From Octopus sinensis (taxonomy: Eukaryota), in NCBI RefSeq assembly GCF_006345805.1, contig NC_043003.1, forward strand, positions 56,110,001-56,174,000: DNA of 64,000 nt, written 5' to 3'. The translations under genes were made by a program, and so were the position numbers. The first letter of the stretch is position 1. Each line of letters begins with the position of its first letter. Positions 26,624-41,570 of the stretch are shown here, one piece after another. Under the pieces are notes generated by a model. That model ran no database searches, was not told the origin of the DNA, and was given only the letters and a program-made list of their open reading frames with translations.

Positions 26624-28059
26624 TTAATTTATATTAAATTTTTAAGTAGAGCGTATTCTAAATATATATTTTTAGTATTATATTATGAATGTATTAAATT
26701 ATGAATACATTGATTTAACTTGAATTATTTCCCCAGAAAATAAGAAATTTTTATATTTATGTAAAAATTAGTTTAGATAAAAATTATTCTTGCATAAATA
26801 ATGTTTATTGTATACCATATTAAAAGATACTTTGTAAATTACTTTTATGGAATTGTGTCATTTCAATTCTTCCGTAAATATAAAAGCATATAAACTTTAC
26901 GATGAGATCTTTCCTCTAAAAAATTAAAAAACAAAGTAATTTTAATTTTAATTTTAGCATTATCTTTTGTAATATGGAAATGAGTTATTATCAAATTAGA
27001 ATTTCTGAATTCCTTGTGATTAGATGTTTTTGTTTTGTTTTGGATAACTGGTTAATTCAGGGTTTATTTTATTTCTACAGTAATTAGTTTATCATAATGT
27101 TATGTTTTAGTGAATTTCTTTCTTATATAAATTACGTAATTTTTAATTATTAATCTTCGAGTATTAATAATGATTATTAGAAATGCAATGTAATTTATGA
27201 TATCATTTGCTTTTTGACTAGAGATGATATAATATTTTAAATATATTATCTTGCTATTTACCTATAGATAAATAGCGTACTGTTATTATGATAACGTTTT
27301 TTTTAAAAATAATATGAATGAATGGAAGGGATATTTCTTATTTCGCCATGGTTCTTCTTTTTTAATATTTTAAAAAAGATTTTTTAAAATATTGTTCCTG
27401 GTATTTTAAAAGAAAGAATGCTCTAAAATATATTTAGATTAAAATAATTAATAATATACAAATACATTGTATGACCGTTATATTAATTTATTATTTTTAA
27501 TCTTATTGTTTTTAATTATTAACGCACACGTTTGCAAACATAACTGTATTTAAATTCAGTCTTTTCTTGTATCTGTGAAACCTCCTGTATCACAAATTAC
27601 ACGGAAGAGATTCTTACAAACAAGCAATAGATTTTTATAATTTTATTATGGGTAAGAATCGAAACAATCGTAAGTAATGTGTGTTTAATATTTATTATTC
27701 ATTGTATTATATCATATTTTTATAAGAGTATAACATAATATAGTATATATAGTTAACAAATTTTAATCCTTGAATTAATAATCATATATCTACATTTTAT
27801 ATTAATTTTTCAGTTTGTTTCTGTGTGTCCGCATTGAGGGGGAACAACTTTTAATTTATGCATATTTTATGAGCTACACAACTATGTTCGATCTCTATTT
27901 TACATAATCATACAAACATAATGGCTTTTTACAGTTGTTTTCGAACAGTAGAATATACTCACACACACAGAGAAATACACACACGCAAATGCACACATTC
28001 AAAGGCACTCACACACACACACACACATTTTATTTTATTTTATTTAGTTTCAGCTCACA

Positions 28060-29036
28060 AGCTGTGGCCATGCTGGGGCACCGCCATTTAGTGTTGCTAC
28101 ATGATTTTACTTCACGAATGCTTTTTAGCAAATGCCATCTGGTGCATGAGAGAGTTCGATGCAGCTGCCCTCATCTGCACACCCTGCCGTGAAGTTGGTT
28201 CATCTGGGACACCTGACAAGAAGAGATCCAGTTTCATTTTAAAGACATCTGCATCCACCCCATGCAGGTCTCTTAGGTTCTTCGGGAGGATTTTGAAGAG
28301 CTGTGGGCCTCGGAAGCCCTGGCTATCACAGTATTTTGTCCTACATCTTGATGGCAAATTTGGAGTCCTTGGCACTATGCAGTGGCGCCCAGTTCTGGCA
28401 TTTGTGTAACTCTCGATGCCAAAGTTTGGGACAAGTCCTTCTAGGATCTTCCAGATGTATATTATGGCATATCTTTCTCGCCTACGCTCTAAGGAATAGA
28501 GTCTCAATCTCTTGAGTCTTTCCCAATAGCTTATATGCTGCGCAGAGGCTATCTGTAGCTTCTTCGGATAGCCTCAAGTTCTGTGATTAACTTGACACTG
28601 GATGGTGACCATAGCTGAGAGCAATATTAAAAGTGGCAATATTAAAGTTTCACAGGCAATACAGAACAGGGTTCTGTATTGCCTGTGAAACTTTTGTATC
28701 ATCTGCATAACTTGTGATCGTTGCTCTCTGCGTAGCTGAGGGCATGTTTGAGAGGGCCATTATGAACAGTAGTGGTCCCAGAACAGTGCCTTGCGGAACA
28801 TCTCTCACTATTTGCGTGTTAATGGAAGTGGCCCCATTGGCTACAACTACCTGACTTCTATCCTCCAGAAAGTCATGAAGCCATTCTCCCAATTTTCGAC
28901 TTTATCAAAGGCCTTTGCAAAGTCGAGATATATGACTTCCACATTTGAGTGGTTGAGCAGTCGTTTCAGCACCCAGTCATAGCTTTGTAGGAGCTGAGTT
29001 AAGCAGCTTCTTCCTGGTCGGAAACCACGTTGGGTG
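28060..29036 (-). mobile_element. CR1/L2-group LINE 3' portion with internal deletions
   Basis: GFRPGRSCLTQLL, YLDFAKAFDKV, VPQGTVLGPLLF, YADDTK, YCSQLWSP, LYSLERRRERY. Confidence 0.92.
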
Positions 29037-29770
29037 TATATATATATTCATACATGTATATATCGAATAATTGTTTATTTTACCACAATCAGTCAGAGGG
29101 TGATGACTGTCAACAGTTTACTCATCCGCAGATCAAACCGGCGGCAGAACCCAGTACGGGCTAATCCCTAGGGATATTGATTAAAGTTGTGAGTGAACAG
29201 TTTCTCTATTTGTTTTGCGTGATGAATATTAGAGATTAAACTTTATAATATATTTTGGGAGACATTCCTAGATTTGTCAGGAGTTTTGTGAAAAACCAAT
29301 TTTGATTAAAACCACGTCAATATCACGGAGAGAGAGTCATTACATTCTTAGTTCACATACAGTCAGTTTTTATAATATAGAATTTAGTTTGACTTTCATA
29401 CTTATATATACATGTATCGATATAAACACCCTTGTCACCATATTTTAACTTTCTGCACATGCTCATGGCCTGCTCTATTCTGAGTGCTTAATCATTCTCG
29501 AATTCTATATCTTCCATTGCTCTATTATTCTGTCCGTTGTGGTTGCCTCTCTGTTTCTCTTGGGATAAAATCACATTCCTTCACTATTGCTATCAATAAC
29601 CACGCACATACACACATACATATATAGGCGTTGATGTGACACTGAGACAAGGAGGCTTGCTTCGTTTCCAGCCATATCTTGAATTCAGAACCACTGAGTA
29701 GTCAGACGAAATCTGAAGCAACTCGTCCTCCACATTCTGAAGCATAGATATACATACATACATACAAACG

Positions 29771-29804
<34 letters not shown>

Positions 29805-30165
29805 AATACATACATACATGCATGTATGCATACATACATACATACATACATACATACATACATACATACATACATACATACATGCATGCATGCATACATA
29901 CAAACATACATACATAGACACATATATACATTATTCAAAATGTGACGCGTGATTATCGTTGGCGATTTTATTTCTCCGTCTTCCCTTCTTTGAACTTTTT
30001 CTATATTTCTGATAAAGAGCTCCGCTCGAAACGTGAAATCCTCTTTCTTTTCCTTCCTTTCCTGATCGTCCAATAACACTGTACTTATTCCACGTCCTCG
30101 TGTTGTTGTTTCTTCTTGCTTGTTCATGTTTGGATTGACTATACACATACATATGTATTTTTATG

Positions 30166-30200
<35 letters not shown>

Positions 30201-30303
30201 AGAGAGAGAGAGAGAGAGAGAGAGAGCGGGGGAGATAGACAAATAGATAGATAGATGCATAACTATGTGTGTGCGTTTTGTTAACCTTCTAGTTTGCCCC
30301 CCC

Positions 30304-32093
30304 CACACACACACACTCACAAACAGACACTCATGACAACTGGTATTGGTTTACGTCCCCATAATTTAGCAGTTCTGCAAAAGATATCAACAGCAAAAAG
30401 TACCGGGCACGCGCACTACTTACTAGGCTAATACTTTCGAATAAACCCTTCAAGGTGATGCTACATTATGGCTACAGTGCACAGACTGAAACAAGTTAAA
30501 GGCAAAATGTACAGATATATATATTTATATATGCAGAAGGACATCCTTAGATATGAATATCTTTCTATGTGTGTGTGTGTGTGTGCATATGCGCTCGCAT
30601 GTATATATGAATGTGTTTGTATGTTATGCACATAATAATTACTGTTAATACATGTTTTCATATGTATCACAGCGGAATGTTATATACGTCAACCCTATGA
30701 TATATTCCCAGTGATAATTGAAGACCTAATAACTAGAGTGTACTATCTTTTAACAGAGAGTGTAATTTCACTCACTGTGAAAGACACGTTTTTATCATAC
30801 AGGAATAGGACATAAAATATCCCATGCACAAAAGACGTAAAGATGCATCGGAAATACTTAGCTGAAATGAAGCAAATACAGGCACATCGATAGCAATGGT
30901 GAAGGAATGTTCCACATCGTAAATGGCATATATTGCTTACGGGTTATAAATTTAGATCTAGGAACTGTAAATATTGGTGCATTGGTTATGTAACTCTTTA
31001 CACTAGCAACAAACTTCTTAATATAGGTTTCTTAAAATTAGAAAGACCGAGACTAATTAAGAAATTGCAATTAGAAAACAGTAAAAGTAATTGTGAAAGT
31101 TATGTACGGAATTTTAGTTTAGCCTCTGGTAAATATATTTTCACACACGTCATAACATAAAGCTATCAATGTAAGTGCATATAATACGCACACACACACA
31201 CACACACACACTCACAAACAGACACTCATGACAACTGGTATTGGTTTACGTCCCCATAATTTAGCAGTTCTGCAAAAGATATCAACAGCAAAAAGTACCG
31301 GGCACGCGCACTACTTACTAGGCTAATACTTTCGAATAAACCCTTCAAGGTGATGCTACATTATGGCTACAGTGCACAGACTGAAACAAGTTAAAGGCAA
31401 AATGTACAGATATATATATTTATATATGCAGAAGGACATCCTTAGATATGAATATCTTTCTATGTGTGTGTGTGTGTGTGCATATGCGCTCGCATGTATA
31501 TATGAATGTGTTTGTATGTTATGCACATAATAATTACTGTTAATACATGTTTTCATATGTATCACAGCGGAATGTTATATACGTCAACCCTATGATATAT
31601 TCCCAGTGATGATTGAAGACCTAATAACTAGAGTGTACTATCTTTTAACAGAGAGTGTAATTTCACTCACTGTGAAAGACACGTTTTTATGATACAGGAA
31701 TAGGACATAAAATATCCCATGCACAAAAGACGTAAAGATGCATCGGAAATACTTAGCTGAAATGAAGCAAATACAGGCACATCGATAGCAATGGTGAAGG
31801 AATGTTCCACATCGTAAATGGCATATATTGCTTACGGGTTATAAATTTAGATCTAGGAACTGTAAATATTGGTGCATTGGTTATGTAACTCTTTACACTA
31901 GCAACAAACTTCTTAATATAGGTTTCTTAAAATTAGAAAGACCGAGACTAATTAAGAAATTGCAATTAGAAAACAGTAAAAGTAATTGTGAAAGTTATGT
32001 ACGGAATTTTAGTTTAGCCTCTGGTAAATATATTTTCACACACGTCATAACATAAAGCTATCAATGTAAGTGCATATAATACGCACACACACA
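30304..32093. repeat. 895-bp tandem duplication (2 copies, ~99.8% identical)
   Basis: Constant 895 offset (30316/31211; ORFs 30461/31356 and 30933/31828); (CA)n at all three junctions; two substitutions seen. Confidence 0.95.
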
Positions 32094-32348
32094 CACACAC
32101 ACACACACCAAAACACACATACACACACACAGACACACACACACATACACACACTATCCAGTAGGTGCTGTCTAAATAACGTTGAACGACTTGTTTCTGT
32201 TGGAGACTTATTTCTATACCAGGGAGAGATTTTATAAATAAAGCAGAAGCTAGCTGTATCTATGCATACCACAAATACAGACATTATATATGTGCGTGTG
32301 CATATATATCTATAAATGTATGAATCAGTATACACACATATGGACATG

Positions 32349-32393
<45 letters not shown>

Positions 32394-32648
32394 CTATTCA
32401 ACTGCTCGCATGCGATCTGTGGGGTTTAATGCATATGCTTTTCAATGATGATTTCCGATCACGATTGTTCTCTTGTTCGACAAAATAGTCTACAAAGTAC
32501 ATCGATTCGCGTGTATCTTGCTGACCATTCTACAGACTTCTGTTGTAGCAGCGTGCCATGGAGTTTCGAGCGTAGACCTTTTGATGTATATGTACAGATC
32601 TTGTGACAGGATTTTGCATAGACTCTATTTACTGTATGTATATGATAG

Positions 32649-33830
32649 TAAGAAGGTTTGCTGAAATGTTCACAGGCTGAACAGGATACGCTTATGGAAA
32701 GTGGTTAAATGAGATTTCTTTTTCAGCATATTCCTCCTTGCAGTTCACTCACTTCTCCCATAGATGTTGCAGTGCTGTATGTCAAAAATAATATCAACAG
32801 CACATCTGATGCCATCACGGTGATACCGGTCACCGACCAATTACTTACTTTTTCATATTGAGGAACATCTGATATTGAGATGGGGTCAAATTAAAACAGA
32901 GAGCGTGGTCAACCAGTTCAGACGCACAGGCACGCACAGCTGCCTTTGAAACCAAGGAGTCATGTACTGGACCACTTTCGTAAGTTTTACCTGAAATTTT
33001 GTCTGGGTAGCCTTTCGTAACAGTATCATCAATTTGGCATAGTACTCTGCATTGATTATGTGGATCCTTTAATGATAGTCAATAAACATAATGCCTTTTC
33101 CACCCCAGAAAGTTTTTTCGAGAAGGTGATCAGGTGTGTTTCTACTGCAGGAATTGTCTATTTGTTTCTGATACCCTCTGGGTTCGGAAACGTTCAAGGA
33201 AGCCAGATGGATTTGTTTTAAACTGTGACATATCTTCCCGAGGCGTAATCAGCCAGGTGAGCTCTTGATCTGGTGTCACAAGATCGGGAACGTACTGAGC
33301 AGCAACCTTCGTCATGCCAAGATAATTGTGCAGAATATTCTGAAATCCCTCAAACGTTATGCGAGTAGCATTGGCTGTTTTATTTATAGTGAATTGCCTG
33401 TCATGCATCACCATATGCTGAGCACGATCAATGTTTTCCTCGATGGTGATAATTGCAGGATGTTAAGATCATAGGTCATCATTAACTTTCTCTCCTCCCT
33501 TCATAAATACAGCTGCCCTCTCTAGCAATCTTCAGAAAGCTGGAGTATCATCCCCTACTAGAGCAAGCGTGTCAGTATGAATGTCATTGGGGACTAAAGC
33601 ATTTTTCTGCACGTATGTAAAACAAACAAGGACGAATTTTTCCCATTTCAAGAGATGTCGCTTCTAATTACATTTGAAGTTGTCTTTGGACAATCAAATA
33701 TCAATTTACCTGGAAAGAAATAATGTTCTTATATTAATGAGAATGGTTGAAATTAATGCATGCCGAATTTCACAGCTTTAGCATCACTCCTCCATTGTTC
33801 ACCGACGAACCTTTCAGCTACATCCTCATA
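32649..33830 (-). mobile_element. Mariner (irritans-like DD34D), full span, heavily decayed
   Basis: TIRs taagaaggtttgctgaaatgttc / tatgaggatgtagctgaaaggttc; peptides MVMHDRQFTI..NILHNYLGMTKVAAQYVP, INAEYYA, LQHLWEK*VNCKEEYAEK. Confidence 0.85.
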
Positions 33831-33870
33831 TTCACATTTAAATGTTCTTCTATAATACAGCTCGTTATCT

Positions 33871-33943
<73 letters not shown>

Positions 33944-34131
33944 TAGATAGATAGATAGATAGATAAGTATACATATAAATTTGTTCAAATGTGCTTGATG
34001 TATTATCGAATCCGAAAGAAAAGCATTCTCCTACAGGAGTGGTGATGTGAAACACCCAGACTGAGGAAATCAGAAAGACCATGGTGGTACTCCAGCATGA
34101 CCACAGCAGCATGGCTGAAATGCGTAAAGAG

Positions 34132-34195
<64 letters not shown>

Positions 34196-34211
34196 CTATA
34201 TAGATATATAT

Positions 34212-34268
<57 letters not shown>

Positions 34269-34881
34269 TATATATGTATGTATGTAAAATGCAAGTAGAA
34301 TAAACTGAAGTTGTATATAGAATGTTGTAGTGATCAAAGGAATCGGATTGGAAACAGATTTGTCACAAAAAACGGCATAATAAATAAATTGCTTAATTAA
34401 GCGTGAAACTATGTAGTAGAATCTAAGAAGGATTATAATGCCAAATATGTTGAGATAAATGATTCAGTGATTGCTCTTCTTATTTATTTTGTATTATGAA
34501 TGACGCACCGCACAATGAGTATATATAGGTAACCTCTAGTTCTTACTGTCTCGAGTCTTAGTACTGATGCGCCGTTGCTTGGGTTCCACAATGTATAATT
34601 AACGCAGAGCTCAACACGCCTCTTGAACAAAAATACATTACTGATCTCTATAGATGAGTGAACCGCACCATCGTGAAATGAAGTGTTTTTGACCAAGAAG
34701 ACAACGCGCCGTCCGATCTTGTATCTGCGATTGAAAATCCCTAATCAGTAGTGCAAGCACCTTCACCAATGCACGTGTACAATACCGGAAAGGCTTATTA
34801 CGTTCGCATGTTGCAAATATAGATAATTCGTATAATGAAAATTGTAAAAAGCTTTCAGGGAAACACAACCGCAAAAACGTA

Positions 34882-35444
34882 TATGTAGTCCGGAAAGTTT
34901 ATGCCGATTTACAGTAGATTAACATTCGACTTATTTTACAACATGTTTGAGTCCATAAAATAGGATTTGATTACACCTTCATTTAGAGCACAGTTTAAGC
35001 TATCTTTTCCCGGACGAAGATCTATGTTCCTATTATCTGTGTTTATTCTGTAACCCTTTGAAATGGAAGATAAGAAATTTCATTTTCGGCTCTTGAGGCT
35101 TTTCTTCTTCCGTAAAGGGAAAAATGCCTTACAAGCAAGCAAAGAAATATGCGCAGTTTACGGTGAAGTTTCTTTAACCGAAAGAACTGTTCGGTAGCGG
35201 TTCGCAAGATTCCGAGCTGGATATTGTAGCCTTATTGATAAAGAGCGATGAGGCTGACCATCCACTAGAGATGATGACCAAATTGAGAATAACCCACATT
35301 ACACAACCCGAGATTTGGCAGAAACCCTCAACCTCTCAAAATCCGTTGTTCATAAGCACCTGGTAAAGCTTGGGTAAGAGCAAGTATTTATTGACCTTTT
35401 TCTTTCCTTTAAAAATTCGCACGAACTTTCCGGACAACTCAATA
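34882..35444 (+). mobile_element. Mariner deletion derivative retaining both TIRs and the N-terminal HTH half
   Basis: TIRs gtccggaaagtt(t/c).tgc(c/g).attt; MEDKKFHFR..KEICAVYGEVSLTERTVR..NPHYTTRDLAETLNLSKSVVHKHLVKLG; same family as 4735-5322. Confidence 0.88.
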
Positions 35445-35714
35445 GAATTTCTATATTGCGATGCAAGAATGCTTCGCCGTAACGGCGCTAAGTGTAGAAC
35501 ATTTCATAATGGTATTTTGTGCGTATATGAGTGCAAGTGGCATTGTTTTATTTAAAACAATGCTTTACGTTTTGTAGATGACCATTGATCCGAACCAAGC
35601 CTGACGATATATGTTGTATTGTCTATAGTATATATTTATGTACTGTATCACAATGCATTTTTAGTACCAGATTAAGTTTAATCATTTGGTATGGCTACAT
35701 CAAAGATCTGACAG

Positions 35715-35772
<58 letters not shown>

Positions 35773-35912
35773 ATTGCGCTATGACAAACTGGCTGAATCG
35801 TTAGCACGCTGACTAGAATACATTACCTAACAACTAGGCTTCCGCACCTTCATTAAAATATGTTTTAAATAAGGAAGTAAATACATAAATACATACATAC
35901 ACACACATACAT

Positions 35913-35949
<37 letters not shown>

Positions 35950-36039
35950 ATGTTCATATATATATATGTGTGTGTATGTGTATGTTTGTGTGTGAGTGTG
36001 TGCACATATATATATTCTTGTATTCCTTATTTCTTTTAG

Positions 36040-36292
36040 TAATTTGACTATGGCCGTGCAGGAGCACTACTTCAAATGGTATTAGTTGAGGATATTGACC
36101 CTAGGACTTATTCTCTATAGGCCTAGTTCTTATGATATCGTTTTTTTTGCCGAACAGCTAAGTTACCATGACAAAAATACACCACCAACTGTTGTCAAAC
36201 GATAGTGGGGAACAGCCACAAACGCACTCACATAAGTGCATGCATGCATATATATATATGTGTGTGTTTGCGTGAGCGCACCCGCGTGTATG

Positions 36293-36344
<52 letters not shown>

Positions 36345-36361
36345 TATATAATATATATATA

Positions 36362-36409
<48 letters not shown>

Positions 36410-36420
36410 TATATATATAT

Positions 36421-36454
<34 letters not shown>

Positions 36455-36540
36455 CAACTTGTTGAAAATGCCACGCAGTTGGACTGAACCTGAAACCATG
36501 TGGTTGGTAAGCAAGATTCTTACCATACATCCACGCCTGT
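36040..36540 (-). mobile_element. SINE family B with internal TA microsatellite
   Basis: Reverse complement of the head at 36455-36540 and of the body at 36040-36225. Confidence 0.75.
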
Positions 36541-36609
36541 GTCTGTACACACACACACAAGCACACACACACAAACAGTTACACACACATATAAAGAATA
36601 AAAGTATGA

Positions 36610-36860
36610 ATGACCATGAGATTGCACCAAGAAAGTTTCCCTCTGAGGCACAAGTCCGGGCAACGTCGTATATGGAAGATCCCCAATCGTCCCCGCATAC
36701 CAGCGAGCCACCCCTCTCCACGACACCGTTGTTATTCAAAGGAAAGGCAAAGGCCTATACAGCTTGGCACCGGTGAAGTCCCAACTCTGCAGCTGAGTAA
36801 GTGGAACAACATGAAATACAGTTTCTTGCTCAGGAACACAACACACAACCCGGTCCAGGA
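36610..36860 (-). mobile_element. SINE family C
   Basis: Homologous to 19430-19683. Confidence 0.75.
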
Positions 36861-37229
36861 TTCATTCTCACTATCTCATGGTTATATATATTTTAAGATC
36901 TACAAAGACCAAAACCTTACTGCTGTTCGTGGTGGGCGAAAACGGGATATGCAATTTATGTGGGAATCTTTTCAAAACATTGTGTAGTTTAAAAAGACGC
37001 ATGAGATGCCATGATAGATTTACGGTGTCAATACAAGAGGTGGTCAGACTCTGTATAAGAATTATGCAACCACCATTAATATATATGCATACATATGTAT
37101 CCCATATAATTTGGGTGATAGAGTCCTAATATTTACAAGCTTCTTTATTATTATTATTAGCTGCATCATACGTCAAGGTTATTTCTTGAGCTGAATATAG
37201 ATATGGAACTCCGTTAATTTTATGTAATG

Positions 37230-37626
<397 letters not shown>

Positions 37627-37803
37627 CATTTATTTGCCACAAGGGCGAAGGATGCGGGGGGGCAATACAAAGACAGACATAAAGTGCATGGGGATTACAT
37701 ATAATGAAATGATAAAAAAGAAAGAAGGAATCAAAGAAAGAAAGAAAGAAAGAAAGAAAGAAGAAAACAAAGAAAGTGCCCACTACTATTCTTTGTCTCT
37801 TAC

Positions 37804-38210
37804 TCACAGTTCTACCCTTAGAGATGTACCATCCACTCTTGCTATTTTCGCAACTGTTAGCCCCCAACATTCAAAAAACTCACTCGAGGACACCACTTCC
37901 CTCTCCAGTCTCAATTTTCTTTTCAAGTGAAACTCGAAGAAGTTAATGATAGCTCTATCAAATAGGAATGTATCTCTCCAGGGATACATGCATCCAGCAA
38001 CAGGACCTCCGTAATGCTATGATGGACCGTGAAGTCTGGCGTAACATAGTAAATTCCATTGTCTCGACCACGGTCGAACAATGATGATGATGATCTCTCC
38101 TCATGGCTTTCAGTCTTGTCCACCAAACAAAGTCTTTCCCGATGGCCACCAGGCAAAGGAAAACTGCCTTCCTGGCGATTGAAGGAAGGTGGCGGAGCGA
38201 TCATCACTAC
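37804..38210 (-). mobile_element. L1/Tx1-like ORF2 C-terminal fragment, interrupted by an RTE tail
   Basis: FLCLVAIGKDFVWWTRLKAMRR joins DTFLFDRAIINFFEFHLKRKLRLERE across the insertion. The clade call is from motif memory. Confidence 0.6.
37980..38092 (+). mobile_element. 5'-truncated RTE-type LINE tail with (GAT)n and 8-bp TSD
   Basis: RDTCIQQQDLRNAMMDREVWRNIV; TSD atctctcc at 37972-37979 and 38093-38100. Confidence 0.75.
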
Positions 38211-38214
38211 AGAG

Positions 38215-38430
38215 TTGGCCTAACAATAATAACAATTGTTTCAAATTTTGGTACAGGGTCAGAAATTTTAGATGAAGGCACTAGTCGTTTACATCGAGCC
38301 GAGTGTTCAACTGATAAATTATTTATCGAGCTCTGAATGGATGAAAAACATAGTCGACCTCGGCCGGATTTCGAACTCAGAACGTGCAGAGAGACGAAAT
38401 GCCGCAAAGCAGGCTACCGCTTCTGCCATT
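38215..38430 (-). mobile_element. Family A SINE
   Basis: gatgaaaaacatagtcgacctcggccggatttcgaactcagaacg. Confidence 0.75.
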
Positions 38431-38444
38431 TCGTCATTACGCAA

Positions 38445-38518
<74 letters not shown>

Positions 38519-38554
38519 GTGGTGCCGCTACTACTACTACTATTAATAATAATA

Positions 38555-38596
<42 letters not shown>

Positions 38597-39169
38597 TAAT
38601 CATAATAATGATAACAACTACAACAACAACAACAACGATAATAATAATATTAATAATAGTAATAATAATAATAATAACAACAATAAATGCATTAATATAT
38701 TAATTAATCATTATATTACGACCGAAATAGAAAGAGTACGAATTCTTTAATTACACAGCTTCCTACAGATGAATTTCGGGCTAGGATAGCGCTATTCAAA
38801 GTATAATATAATAACCAGCTGCAAAACATATTTCTAGAATGGTTTTGTAGACGTAATTCCTGCGGTTACAATGAAAACTAACAATCTCAAGTATAATCTC
38901 TTTAAAAACTTTATACAATCTTTCTTCTTTCACTTATTATTTTCACAGATTAATTCTCCCATTCATTGAACTAAAAATACACAGATTTAAAATTTGCACA
39001 AGGGCTTCATAATGAGGCACTCCATCTACATATATATACATATACATACATATATATATGTATATATATGTATATATATATATATATATAAATATGTATG
39101 TATGTATGTATGTGTGTTTATAGATACATACACATATATACGTAATAGATTTGTTTGTGCGTGTTTGTG

Positions 39170-39208
<39 letters not shown>

Positions 39209-39849
39209 CTAGCGCTATATGTCTTCCTTCGTAGTTGATAATTTTCCAACCCTTCCATTATATTAACATTTCCTTTATTCTCTGTTTCTTTATGTTCTTC
39301 ATCTTTTGGCTTTTAATTTCTGATTTTTTTTTTCTTCTTCTTCTTTTCTCCCTGTTTCAGACCGAAACACATGAAAGACTTCCAGGAATATCAAAGCCAA
39401 ATTATTGGAACAATGGCCGTTGTTACCTTTTATTCAGAAATCTCTCTGAAGACTTGGATAGTAAAATGTCTCTATCGAACAAGCCCTCACACAAACACAC
39501 ATACACAAACATACACGCAAACGCACAATTGCACTCTTACATATAACACATACACACTCATACATGACCGTTTCTTTGTCTCTTTCATTCTTATATTCAT
39601 ACTTTCTACTTGTAATTTTTTTTTACTTTCCCTTTCTTTCTCGGTCTTACTTCTTTTTCTTATTTATATGTTTGATGGTATATTTGTTGTTGCTGGTGTG
39701 GTGGTGGTAGTGGTTCTTCTTCTTCTTTCTTCTTCTTCTTCTTCTTCTTCTTCTTCTTCTTCTTCTTCTTCTTCTTCTCCTTCTTCTTCTTCTCCTTAAT
39801 CTTCTTCTTCTTCTTCTTACTATTATTATTATTATTATTGTTGTTGTTG

Positions 39850-39885
<36 letters not shown>

Positions 39886-39962
39886 TATATATTATTATTA
39901 TTATTATTATTATTGTTGTTGTTGTTCATCTTCCACTAGTACCACCGCCACCGCTGCTGCTA

Positions 39963-40000
<38 letters not shown>

Positions 40001-40256
40001 ATAATAATAATAATATAGATAAACTTTAGGAACTATGACGAAAGAGCAAATCCGACATCATCATCATCATCATAATCATCATCATAATCATCATCATCAA
40101 AATTATGCACTGAGTTCGATTCGTTCGTCTAAAAATTCCTCAAGGCCGTGCATTAGTATGGCAATTGACTCATGACAGAAGCAAATGATTAAAGACCATC
40201 ATCATCGAAAATCACTTTATATCATTACTAATAATTTTATAGTTATATATCCCACC

Positions 40257-40297
<41 letters not shown>

Positions 40298-40309
40298 TTC
40301 TCCTATTTA

Positions 40310-41386
40310 CTTATTGCAGTCATTTGTCAGCCGCCCTGCTGGTGCACCAGCCTAAAGGGTTTTTATCGAACAATTCGACCCCAGGACATATTTTAAAGCC
40401 TAATACTTGTTCTATCGGTCACTTTGCTGAACCACTAAGGCAGAGGGACATAAATACACCAATAGCAGTTGTCACGCGATGATGGGATGGGGGGACAAGC
40501 ACACACACAAAGACCCACACATAGATATAGACATATATATGTATATATATAAAGGATACTAGAGGAAATCGGGTACATAAATGGTATGTATCAGGTTGAT
40601 TTACCCCTATAAGCACCACCCTTTGTCTTATCAGTTTACCGGGTACTGACGTAATCTAATGAGATATTCTGGTGGGGTACACATAGAAAATCTGTAACTA
40701 CGTGTATTCAACTTTTAGTAGCTCGTCCAAATCACGCGTTGTGTTGAGCACACAATGTTTGGTACACTCTAGGAAGTCCGACAGGTTGAAAATCCCCTTG
40801 GTACAAGCAAAGAAAAAGTAACAGACGATGGATAAATATCCGTTCATTACAGCTGTTTCGAACGCATTTCTTTATTTGATGAGTGAGTACGTTATTTCAA
40901 AATAAAAACAAAAATTATCAGGTGACCCATATAATTTTAAATCAATAGAATAACCCATACTCACAGTGGAAACTCGACTATTCGCCAACGAAGATGGCTT
41001 TCACTGAATTCCAGCTTCAAGTTCACCTTCGGTTGGTGAATAACGAGCTCCCAAATGCATGAATGGGTTGTCACTCTGTTGCTTTGAAATTATATGGATC
41101 ATCTCATGGATACAGATCTTTTACTATGAAATAATGCATTCAGTCACAAATAAATAAAACGTGTTATTTTCCCTTTAATATATATATATATGTGTGTATG
41201 TGTGTGTGTGTGTGTGGGTGGGTGTGAGTGTGTGTATATAGCACAGTCATCCTACTGCTTCCGTCTACCAAATACACTCACAAGACTATGGTCGGCCCGA
41301 GGCTAGTAGAAAACACTTGCCAAATGCACCACGTAGTGGGAATGAACCCAGAACGAGGTAGTGGAGGAGCAAGCTTCTTACCATGT

Positions 41387-41390
<4 letters not shown>
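40310..41390 (-). mobile_element. SINE family B split by a ~700-bp insert
   Basis: Body at 40310-40500 and head at 41240-41390, both minus strand, with unrelated sequence between them. Confidence 0.6.
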
Positions 41391-41417
<27 letters not shown>

Positions 41418-41475
41418 ATTAACTAGTTACATTATGGATATGTAGATATGTATATACATGCGTACATATATATGC

Positions 41476-41517
<42 letters not shown>

Positions 41518-41526
41518 TATATATTA

Positions 41527-41570
<44 letters not shown>

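Noticed and set aside
26625-27900. Very AT-rich non-repetitive stretch
   Set aside because: No ORF, termini or structure detected; consistent with ordinary intronic or intergenic DNA.
34680-34740. DQEDNAP resembling a mariner HQDNAP motif
   Set aside because: Single short motif with no supporting flanking motifs or TIR.
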